Assembly: GCA_965240325.2 (NCBI GenBank)
Contig: OZ251232.1
Coordinates: 2,046,001-2,110,000, forward strand
From: Rebecca billardiae RCC1528
Lineage: Eukaryota; Protista; Haptophyta
Direction of reading: 5' to 3'
Length of the DNA: 64,000 nt
Below are positions 47,752 to 56,537 of the stretch, piece after piece. Every line of letters starts with the position of its first letter. The stretch's first letter is position 1. Made by a program: the position numbers and the translations under genes. The notes beneath the pieces were generated by a model that saw nothing but the letters and a program-made list of their open reading frames with translations, searched no databases and had not been told where the DNA came from.

Positions 47752-49671
47752 TTATCCGGGCGGCGACTTCATCGCCATCGCCCCGCCCGCCACTACCGGC
47801 GGCGACGACCCCCAGCCTGGCTTGCGCGTGCGCGCGCGCCGCTGTGCCTCCGCATCGGCGTCCATGCGCAAGCGGCGCTCGCGCATGAGGCGAGTCAGCT
47901 CGGTCTTGTGGCCATTGGCCCACTCCACGTTGTGCAACCCGCGGGCGCGCAGCTCCCTGTACCGCGGCCGGCTGCCAGACGCGCGGCGCGTGGGCGAGAC
48001 GCGCACGCAATAGCGCGGGGGTTACGTCGTCGGGCGGGCGCAGCGGGGGCCGTGCCGCGGCCAGTGGCATCGGGCGCACACCTTGCGACCGCGTTCCAGA
48101 CGTGCACCGCCTCAGCGGTGTGCGTGTGCACGAATGTGAGCTGTCCGCCAGCGCCGCCGAGCGGGTCACGGTAGTCCGCGAAGAGCAAGCGCCGCGCGCG
48201 GTGGTTGCGGATCGCGGGCACGAGGATGGTCGCCAGCGCGGCGGCTGCGTAGAAGGCCGGGATCACGCGCCGCGCCACACGGTCGCACGCGTGCCCCGCC
48301 TCTGGCCCGCGCGCCTGCATGGCGAGGTCGGCAGCGACGGCTGCGAGCGCCGTCGCGCCGATGGCACACATCGTGACGGTGACCAGCCGGTCGATGGCCG
48401 TGAGGTGCGAGAGCTTCGGCAGGAACGCGGCGATCACGAAGACGAGCGTGACGTTGGCGACGAAGGCGGAGAGCGTGAGCGAGAGCCGCGCGGCCAGCTC
48501 GTCCGCCTCCATCAGCAGCGAGCACAGACCGAACGCGCCCACGATGGCCATTGGGAGCACCGCGCGCAGCAGGTAGTACCCCGAGGCGCGGCAGATATGG
48601 AAGGTGAGCGAGATGGTGGTGGGCGTGTAGACGAACGCGCTATGCCCGTCGGTGCGGCTGCCTGCGGGCGCCATGCGCGGCACGACGCTGAGGGTGCTCG
48701 CCTCAGTCGGCGCCCCCTCTGCCACCGCACACGAGTCGTCCAGCGCCGACGCCGCCATCGGGATCCAGCCGCTGCCGATGGCCGTCGCCGAAGGGGCGGC
48801 GGCCTGGGTGCCGGCCTCGTTGAGCGACGTGGTGACCGCGCGCAGCGACCACTCGTGCAGCGAGCCGTCCCAGAGCATGCGCAGCCGCCGCTCCGTGTCG
48901 CCCGGCCGCCGCGCCACGTCAGGCGGCAGTGGCGCCCCTGACGGCGCTGTCGCGAGCCAGCGCAGCTTGTACGTCTCCTCGGCGACGGAGGCGCCCCAGT
49001 CCTTCCCGTCGCGCGTGGCATAGTCAGATGACGTGCGGAAGAGCACCTGTGCGGCGCGCGCGCGAGGCGCGTGAGCTTGGCGCCTCGGCACACGCGCAGC
49101 CGCGTGCCTCGGTGGCAGCGGCCGCGGCCGTGGCCTCGGCGCAGCGCGCGGGCGAGCGCACTACCTCCACCTCGTCGATGTCAAACGGGAAGTCGCGCAG
49201 ATCCATGCTGTTGATGATGGTGCCCGTGTACACGAGCATGCGCCTGAGCAGCCCCTCTGCCGGGCGCACGAGGTCGAAGAAGACCTGGTCGACGCGCACG
49301 TCGAGCGCGTTGTGCAGCCGCAGCCGCGGGCCCCACAGCTTGCCCGGAAGCGTGAAGCGGCCGGCGCGGCAGGCGCCGTCGTCGCCGCTGCTCCACATCT
49401 CGGAGAGCCGACGGTCGCGCCAGTAGAGGACCACCCCGCACTTGATCACCGCCGTGGCCTTGACCGTGTCCACGGCGGTGACGTGGTGGGCCTCCAGGCA
49501 GACGGAGACCGCGATCGGCCCGCCCTCCTCGCCCTCGGGCGGCAAGCTCCAGTCGACGCCTGGGGAGCTGGGCGCGGACATGCCGTCGGGGTGCTTGCCG
49601 CCCTCCTCCTCCTCATCGTCGTCGTCGTCGACAGCGTCCATCCCAGCGCGCGCCCAGGAGAAGAGCGACAT
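47752..49671 (-). CDS. Pentameric ligand-gated ion channel family subunit (Cys-less Pro-loop), ~563 aa, 3 exons
   Basis: LYWRDRRL, LWGPRLRLHN, MDLRDFPFD, RASGYYLLRAVLP (M1), RLSLTLSAFVA (M2), LPKLSHLTAID (M2-M3) and four TM helices. GT-AG introns 49047-49164 and 47972-48081 restore the frame. Confidence 0.9.
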
Positions 49672-49924
49672 GTTGACCCCGCGCCCGCCCACGGCCGATG
49701 ATGCGCGATCGGCGCCGATGCAGACCGGCTGGTTCGGCCGATTACTATAACCAGTCGGTTTGCCGGTGACCGGACTTGTTTGCCGCACCCGCAGGCACCG
49801 GAGCGCTCAGCGGCCCACAGCGCCTGCTCCCCGCGCCACCCCGGACGGAGATCGCCATCGGCGCTGCTCGCTGCTCACTGACACTGGGTCTGTCTGCTGC
49901 CTGCTGGGCCGTGTCGTTGCTGCA

Positions 49925-49996
49925 CCCGACAGGCGTAGTTAGCGTCGCCGCTCTCGGAGACCCGACAGGCGTAGTTAGCGTCGCCGCTCTCGGAGA
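49925..49996. repeat. Perfect 36-bp tandem duplication, intergenic
   Basis: CCCGACAGGCGTAGTTAGCGTCGCCGCTCTCGGAGA occurs twice. Confidence 0.95.
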
Positions 49997-50075
49997 CACT
50001 CGTCACGCGGGCAGGTGCCTGGGGCTGCCTGAGTCTGCTCATCTGCTGCTGCACGCTCGCGTCACACGCAGGCAC

Positions 50076-51566
50076 TCAGAGGAGCAAGTCCTCCAGCGCG
50101 GAGGCCATCTCATTGGCCTGGCGCAAGGCGGCGGCGCGCTCCTGCGCGGCGGCGCTCAGCCCAGGCGGAGCCTCAGCTGACGGCGGCCCTGGGGCCGAAT
50201 CGTGTGCTCCGGCGCTGTCGGCAAGGCCGTGGGCTGCCGCGGTAGCCGCGCCCTCTGAAGGCGGCGTGCCCCGGTCGGCGAGCTCGCGTGCCTCCTCACG
50301 CTCCGCGCGTCCGCGCGCGCTGTGCCCGCAGTGCTCGACGCGCAGGCACACCGCCACGCTCGGTATCGGGTACTCCGTGGCGAAGCAGAAGGGCGCGTCC
50401 GAGCCAAGCGCGCGCATGGCGGCGCTGCCCGCGTCCGCGTCGGAGGGCTGCGTGCAGAAGTGGCCGACGGTCTCGACGACGGTGACGCTGTACTCCCCAA
50501 CGGCGCGGCACTCGGTCGCACGGCGTGGCATGCCGCGCGCGCTGCGCGGCCTCGGCCCGGCCCGCTCGTGCGGCGCCGCGGGCCGCAGCGCGACGCTCTC
50601 GTGGCCCTCCGCCAGCGCCGACACGCTCATCACGTCCACCGCCGCCAGCCAGAAGGAGCGCGGCGCGCCGAAGAGTCCCGCGGGCGGCGGCGGCGGCGTC
50701 TCGCCCGCCGTGGGCGCATCGAGCACCTCGCGCACGTGCAGGCTCAGGCTGAGCTCCGTGTGGTCCGCGCCCGCGGTCGGGCGCGGCGCCGGCGGCGGCG
50801 CGAGCGGAGGCAGCGCGCGCGGCAGCGGCGGGCATCGCGCACACGCGCCGTCTTTGGCCGCGGCCTCCTGGCCCGCGTCGTCACCGGCAAGCTCCGGCGC
50901 GGTCGCCGCCCCTCCGCCCACCTGCTCGCCCGCGGCACCTCGCCGGCCGTCCTGCCCCGGCCCGGCGTCCGCGCGCAGCCGCACGGTGAGCGCCTCGCGC
51001 CGCTGCGTGCTCAGCCACACGAGCGCGCTGCCGCCGGGCGCGTGCTCGACGACGGCGGGGAGCGCGTGCTCGCGCGGCGTGGTGGCGGGGATAGCCGCCG
51101 CATCCACGTGGCGGTCGATCGCAATCGAGACCAGCACCGTCTCCTGCGCCTCGCCGAGCGCCTGCATCGGCGAGCCCGCTGCGGCCGGCGTGGGTGACGC
51201 CGGGAGCTCCGCGTGCTTCACGTCGAGCACGCGCAGTCGGTAGCCGCCGACGCGGTGGGCGGCCGCGGAGAGCTTCCGACTGCCAAGCCACACATGCAGC
51301 GGCGGGCCCACGGCGCCCACCGGCTGCGCGCGCACGTACGCGCCGCCCACCTTGCTGCCCTGCGGCGGTTGGAGCATCAGGCCCACGTCGTGCGTGAGCG
51401 CGTGGTGCTGGTCGGCGTCGCGCGAAGCCGCACCGACCCACACGTCGAGCTCTTCGACGCGCTGCGGCGGAGCGTCGAGCGCGAGCGTGTGCACGCCCAG
51501 GAAGTGCGGCGCGCGCAGGGTGGAGATGCGCTCGGCATCGTTGGCCGTTGGCGCGCCACCCGCCAT
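50076..51566 (-). CDS. Hypothetical protein, ~496 aa
   Basis: Long ORF with host codon bias between AT-richer intergenic zones. No family recognised. Start chosen at MAGGAPT. Confidence 0.7.
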   Translation of the reverse strand: MAGGAPTANDAERISTLRAPHFLGVHTLALDAPPQRVEELDVWVGAASRDADQHHALTHDVGLMLQPPQGSKVGGAYVRAQPVGAVGPPLHVWLGSRKLSAAAHRVGGYRLRVLDVKHAELPASPTPAAAGSPMQALGEAQETVLVSIAIDRHVDAAAIPATTPREHALPAVVEHAPGGSALVWLSTQRREALTVRLRADAGPGQDGRRGAAGEQVGGGAATAPELAGDDAGQEAAAKDGACARCPPLPRALPPLAPPPAPRPTAGADHTELSLSLHVREVLDAPTAGETPPPPPAGLFGAPRSFWLAAVDVMSVSALAEGHESVALRPAAPHERAGPRPRSARGMPRRATECRAVGEYSVTVVETVGHFCTQPSDADAGSAAMRALGSDAPFCFATEYPIPSVAVCLRVEHCGHSARGRAEREEARELADRGTPPSEGAATAAAHGLADSAGAHDSAPGPPSAEAPPGLSAAAQERAAALRQANEMASALEDLLL

Positions 51567-51746
51567 TGTCCTAGCGGTAGCGCCGTCGCGGGGGTGCGTG
51601 GCGCCGAGTGTGGCAGTGTGCCCCCCAAAGCGCAGTGTTATTGTTTTGAAAAGGCTGCACTTGGAGTACATTGAGTACTTTTAATGTTACGACTCTCATC
51701 AGATAGCTACTACTAGCAGTACAGTCACAGTAGGCGCAGGTATATA

Positions 51747-53099
51747 TTACTGCATAGTAGTATTCTGACACTCGCGATGACTACCGTGCGTAGTGTCGTC
51801 ACTGTCCGTCTGTCCGACCGTCGACGTCGCGCGGCCGAACAGCATGATGAGGAGCTTCTGCGCGTGTGCTTCGAGCCAGGCGCCGTGTTCGAGTTGCGCG
51901 ACCCACGAGCTGGGCAGGCTCGAGAAGCCGAGGCGACATCCGACCAGCGCGCCTGCTACTGCGCCGTTCGTGTCGGCATCCCCACCCTCAGCCACGACGC
52001 TTCGCAGCACAGCTTCGAACGACTCAGTCGTTGATCGGAGCGCGCACAGACCAGCTCCAAGGCACTTGAATGTGTAGCCCAGTGCGTGCGGGTCGTCGAG
52101 GCCGAGAGCGCGAAGCCCGTCCGGCGGATCTGCCGCGGTGGCCATGGCAAGAGCCTGCAGCTCCTCCCCCACCTCTCGATCGTCGGCGATTGCGCCCAAG
52201 GCCGCGCGGACGGCCGTGCCGATGATCACCTCCACATCGTCGGGGCCGTGAGCTGGCGCGCCGCGGAGCATCTCGCTCACGCACACCGCGACAACGACGC
52301 ACGAGACAACGCACCTCTGGTCGGCGTGCGTGGCGCGGCAGATGTCGGTGGTGGTGGAGATGACGGTGGAGAGCGACCAGAAGCTGGGGACGCCCGTCAC
52401 CGCGGTGCGCATCACCGCGCCGTTCGCCGCGCTACTCCGTCCTCCGCGCTCCCACACGTCGCGCGCCGCCTCGTGTGGCTCCGCGGGGAAGCGAGGATGC
52501 GCCACGACGCTCTTCGTGTGCCGGCCGAGCCCGGCAGGGCCCGTGTCCCCGTGGCATGGGAAGCCGCTGCGGCACCAGGAGCTTAGGCGCGCGGCGAAAT
52601 CGGCCGGGTCGCCGCGGCCCTGCGTGTGAAGCAGCGATTGCAAGACGAGCACGAGCTGGTCCGTGTCATCCGTCCAGTCCCCGGGCGCCCACATCATGCG
52701 GTGCGTGTCGGGGTACACGCGAGCGGGGCGCGGTGAGAAGGCGAACCCGTCGCCGTAGAAGTCGCGCACCTGCGCGCGGCTGAGGAACTCGGTGGCCAGT
52801 CCCGTCGCATCTCCCAGAGCCGCGCCAAAGACCAGGCCGCGCACCTTGTCGGCAATCTCCTCCTCGGAAAGCACGGACGCGCCGGTGGGCATCGGCGACG
52901 CCCATGGCGCGTACCGCTCTCGGCTGACTGCCGCTACTGCCGCGAGCTTCTCTTGGGGGGAGAGCCGCGGCACAAAGTGGGCGCGCAGTGCGTCCAGGGC
53001 GGACGCCTTGGACGGAAGCGGTGCGTTTGCGTCGCCGAGCACGCCCAGTGCGGCAGATACCTCCGAGTCCGCGAGCGGGCGGGCTGCGGCGTTCCCCAT
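51747..53099 (-). CDS. ADP-ribosylglycohydrolase (ARH/DraG family), ~450 aa
   Basis: GAALGDATG, WTDDTDQ, AANGAVMR, THAD and GGDADTNGAVAGALVG motifs. Start at MGNAAA. Confidence 0.93.
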   Translation of the reverse strand: MGNAAARPLADSEVSAALGVLGDANAPLPSKASALDALRAHFVPRLSPQEKLAAVAAVSRERYAPWASPMPTGASVLSEEEIADKVRGLVFGAALGDATGLATEFLSRAQVRDFYGDGFAFSPRPARVYPDTHRMMWAPGDWTDDTDQLVLVLQSLLHTQGRGDPADFAARLSSWCRSGFPCHGDTGPAGLGRHTKSVVAHPRFPAEPHEAARDVWERGGRSSAANGAVMRTAVTGVPSFWSLSTVISTTTDICRATHADQRCVVSCVVVAVCVSEMLRGAPAHGPDDVEVIIGTAVRAALGAIADDREVGEELQALAMATAADPPDGLRALGLDDPHALGYTFKCLGAGLCALRSTTESFEAVLRSVVAEGGDADTNGAVAGALVGCRLGFSSLPSSWVAQLEHGAWLEAHAQKLLIMLFGRATSTVGQTDSDDTTHGSHRECQNTTMQ

Positions 53100-53248
53100 T
53101 GCGCCGTGTCGGACGGGTCCAGGCGACCAGGCCTGGACCGCCTGTCCGCCAGTGTCGGTTGCCGTAATGCCGTTCAACGGCGAGGTACGATGGCGAGTTG
53201 GCGACACAGTCCGTGTATATTGCTATGACTATTGTATGGCTCGAACAG

Positions 53249-54847
53249 TCATCGCGCAGCTCGAGCGCGCGCGATGGCCAACCCCTGCCGCGCATCCTCG
53301 TCGTGCGGATGCGCCTCGACAAGCGCGGCAAAGTGCGCCTCGGCGCGCGCGAACGCGCCCGCGTTCAGAAGGAGCACGGCCAGATTGAAGCGCGCGCCGG
53401 CAGCGGTCGGCTCGATTTGAAGCGCGCGCTCGAGGGCGTCACGCGCGCGCGCGTCATCGCCCGCGCTGCGCAGCGCCGCGCCCAGGTTGGCGTGCATGGA
53501 CGCCGTCTCGGGGGCGAGCTGGACGGCGGCGGCGCACTCGCGCACGGCCTCCTCCGCGCGCGAGTCGTGCCCGTCCTCCGCGTGCAGCAGCAGCGCGCAC
53601 AGGTTGGTGTGCAGCTCGGCCAGCTCGGGCACTCGGCTCGCGGCCGCCGAGCCGAGCGGTGGCCGCGCCGAGTGCTCACCCGCGCCGGCTGCAGGGCACG
53701 CGCCGTCGGCGCCGGCGGCGGGCGCGTCGTCGAGCGCGCGGCGTGCGAGGGCGATGCCGGAGCGGAAGCTCGCCTCAGCCGCCTCGCGCTCGCCCCCGCT
53801 CGCCAGCAGCAGCCCGAGGTTGTTGTGCGCGCCCGCGCTCGGCCCAAGCTCGAGGGCGCGGCGGCAGGCGGCGCGCGCCTCGGCGGCCTCGGCCGGGGCG
53901 GCGCCGCCGCGCGCTCTGGCCTCCTCGTGCGCGTGCTGTGCTGCGCGGCCGAGGGCGGCGCACAGGTTGGCGAGCAGTGTCGCATCCTCCGCGCTCGCCT
54001 CGACCCCCGCCCGCGCGAGGTGCGGCGCCACGCGCAGCACCTCCGCCTCAAAGGCGGCGCGCGCCAGCTCCGCAGCCGTGTGCTCCCACGCAGCGTGCGC
54101 GGCGCGCTCTTCGCCCGCGCGCGGGCCGTGGCCGGCGGCGGCGTGCACGTCGGCGCCGCTCGCATCGGGCGCAGGGGGCTCGACGCGCACCGAGACGAAG
54201 CCCTGCCACACGTACCGCACGCCGCGCTCGAGCGCCGCGCCGCTGGAGTGCACCTGGCCGCCGTAGTACACCAGGGCATGCCCGCGCGCGGGCGGACGCA
54301 CGGTCGCGTTGGCGAGGTGTGCGAAGCGAGTGCCCACTCCGGCCGTCGGCGCGGCGGCGTCGGAGGCGTCGGTGCCACCGCCAAAGTCGGACGGATCCGA
54401 GAGCAGCACGTTGAACGTGAGCACGCCGTCGCCGTCCGTGTGCGCGCGCACGGCGCGAGCGCCACCCTCTGCCGCGCTGTACTTGATGATGTTCGACTCG
54501 TCGAGCTGGAGCTGCAGCGAGGGCGACGCGGCGGTGACGGGCGGGAGGTGATGCGCGCGAATGATGCGCCACAGCTCCTCGCGCCCGGCCGAGTCGAACC
54601 ACGCACGCGCCGACGCCACCTCGTCGAGCGGCACCTCGAGCGTCTCGTACCGCAGCACGCTGCGCCACCCGACCGCCGAGGCCTCGGCGTCGGCGATGAA
54701 CGCGTCGCACGTGCGCGCGTCCAGCAGCGGCGTGACGCTCACTGCGGCGAGCGGGCTGCTCACGAGCTCGCTTGGGCCACTGGTGGGCACGAGCACCGTG
54801 CTATCCACCACCGTGCTCAGAGCACACAGCGCGACGGCGGCCGCCAT
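53249..54847 (-). CDS. 2OG-Fe(II) oxygenase (procollagen-hydroxylase-like) fused to TPR repeats, ~532 aa
   Basis: IIKYS...HTDG..LTFNVLLSDPSDFGGGT, H..G.ALERGVRYVWQGF. TPR motifs AHNNLGLLL, MHANLGAAL and ARFNLAVLL. Hydrophobic N-terminus. Confidence 0.88.
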   Translation of the reverse strand: MAAAVALCALSTVVDSTVLVPTSGPSELVSSPLAAVSVTPLLDARTCDAFIADAEASAVGWRSVLRYETLEVPLDEVASARAWFDSAGREELWRIIRAHHLPPVTAASPSLQLQLDESNIIKYSAAEGGARAVRAHTDGDGVLTFNVLLSDPSDFGGGTDASDAAAPTAGVGTRFAHLANATVRPPARGHALVYYGGQVHSSGAALERGVRYVWQGFVSVRVEPPAPDASGADVHAAAGHGPRAGEERAAHAAWEHTAAELARAAFEAEVLRVAPHLARAGVEASAEDATLLANLCAALGRAAQHAHEEARARGGAAPAEAAEARAACRRALELGPSAGAHNNLGLLLASGGEREAAEASFRSGIALARRALDDAPAAGADGACPAAGAGEHSARPPLGSAAASRVPELAELHTNLCALLLHAEDGHDSRAEEAVRECAAAVQLAPETASMHANLGAALRSAGDDARARDALERALQIEPTAAGARFNLAVLLLNAGAFARAEAHFAALVEAHPHDEDARQGLAIARARAAR

Positions 54848-54975
54848 CGTGCCAAACAAACGCACACCCACGCCGCGAGTCGCACACAGTTCTTCACGCC
54901 CGTCTGGAGTCCAACGTTCGACAACGTACGCCAGGGAACTCGTCGAGACCTCGCCGCGAGGCGTGGGTGTGTGCG

Positions 54976-56091
54976 ATGAACGCGGAGGAGTGGTCGGCGT
55001 TCGTGATCCCAACGCTGCCGTTCGCAACGACCGATGCCGCCGCTGACTTCCTCGGCGTGCCGCCCGAGCAGCGCTCCGACAAGGAGCGGGTGAAGCAAGC
55101 GTACCGCAAGATGTGCCTGAAGACGCACCCGGACAAGAACCAGGGGCACGCCGAGAGGGCGGCGGAGGCGTTCCGCGCGGTGACGGCCGCGCTGCACACG
55201 CTCACCACGACCAACTTTGACTTCGAGCGCTGGGCGCGCAACTTCACCATCCCGCCGATGCAGTCGCTCGAGGACGTGCTGATGCTCGCGCTGCGCGGAG
55301 CGCACCCGGATGAGATCGAGGCGATGCTGCGGAAGCGCGGGGACTACCGCCCGCACCCCGAGTTCGGCGTGAACCTGTCGATCCCGTGGCACGCCGGCGG
55401 GCACGCCGACCCCGCGTGGGACGTGCCAGACTCGTCTGAGTTCACGACGACCAAGCAGATTGGCGCGAGCGCGCGAGCGCGCGCCGACGCCGGAGCGCTC
55501 GTTCGCGCTGGGGACACGGCCGAATCGCTGCTGTCGCGGCTGGGCGAGGACCGGGCCGTAGGGGCCTCGAGCAGCAGACCGTGGGAGACCGTCGGCGGCG
55601 TCGGCTTCGGCGGCGCCGGCGACACGGATGCTGGCGCGCCGCCGTACGTGCCGCCGACGCTGCGGCCCGACCTGCAGCCCGGAGACGCGACAGCCGCCGC
55701 CGAGGCGGACCGCTTCAACGACGAGGCAATCGGCGCGTTCAAGGCGGGCGATTACAGGCGAGCGCGCGAGTTGGGCAAGGAGGCCTCGCGACTCGCCCCC
55801 GACTCGGCCGTGTATGCGGCGAACGCCTCGGCTGCGGCGCTCAAGCTGGGCAAGGCGCGCGACGCGGCCAAGCTTGCCGAGCACGCGGTGGCGTGCGACG
55901 GCGCGTACGCAAAGGGGCTCCTGCGCGCGGCGCAGGCGCACCTCGCGCTCGAGACGCGCGAGTCCGTGCAGCAGGCGATCGACGAGTTCGCAAAGGTGCT
56001 CGTGCTCGACCCGGAGAGCAAGGCGGCGAAGAAGGGGCGCAAGGAGGCGTTGCTCACATGGGAGGCCGACTTCGAGGATGAGGATGACTGA
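54976..56091 (+). CDS. J-domain (DnaJ) protein with C-terminal TPR, ~371 aa
   Basis: VKQAYRKMCLKTHPDKN...AEAFRAV J-domain with HPD. TPR triad from FKAGDYRRA to KVLVLDPES. Confidence 0.9.
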   Translation: MNAEEWSAFVIPTLPFATTDAAADFLGVPPEQRSDKERVKQAYRKMCLKTHPDKNQGHAERAAEAFRAVTAALHTLTTTNFDFERWARNFTIPPMQSLEDVLMLALRGAHPDEIEAMLRKRGDYRPHPEFGVNLSIPWHAGGHADPAWDVPDSSEFTTTKQIGASARARADAGALVRAGDTAESLLSRLGEDRAVGASSSRPWETVGGVGFGGAGDTDAGAPPYVPPTLRPDLQPGDATAAAEADRFNDEAIGAFKAGDYRRARELGKEASRLAPDSAVYAANASAAALKLGKARDAAKLAEHAVACDGAYAKGLLRAAQAHLALETRESVQQAIDEFAKVLVLDPESKAAKKGRKEALLTWEADFEDEDD

Positions 56092-56360
56092 TACGAGCGC
56101 CGGCTGCACTCACGCAGCGGGGACGACGCTCCGACTCAGCGACCCGGACCGGGACCAGGCTCGAGCTCAGCGCACGCAGTGTAGTAGCTAGTAGCAGGAT
56201 ATTCAGCGCGCGGCATTACATCAGAAGTGGCGACAGAGCGCATGCATTGTAGCAGTTGAACATCGTCAGCCGTCTACTAGCTCACGTCACACGTGGCACG
56301 CTGGCATCACGTCACGACACGTGACTCTGTCGTGAGTCAAGAGTGTCAAGACGGTGAGTC

Positions 56361-56389
56361 AGAGTGACGCGGCGTCACCGCGTCACTCT
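56361..56389. repeat. 12-bp perfect inverted repeat between convergent genes
   Basis: AGAGTGACGCGG-cgtca-CCGCGTCACTCT. Confidence 0.75.
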
Positions 56390-56537
56390 CGCCTCTCGGA
56401 CGGCTCGGTTCGGCTGGCACTCTGTCGCTGGCAATAATATTTAATATAATACATCACGTACAATATGCTACAGACGACGAGTCAGCGCTCTCACTAACTC
56501 TGAGCCGCATCATCTGACGCGCGATCATCATCAACGA

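Noticed and set aside
18833-54847. Biosynthetic cluster of three 2OG oxygenases
   Set aside because: They belong to different subfamilies, are far apart, and have no scaffold enzymes nearby.
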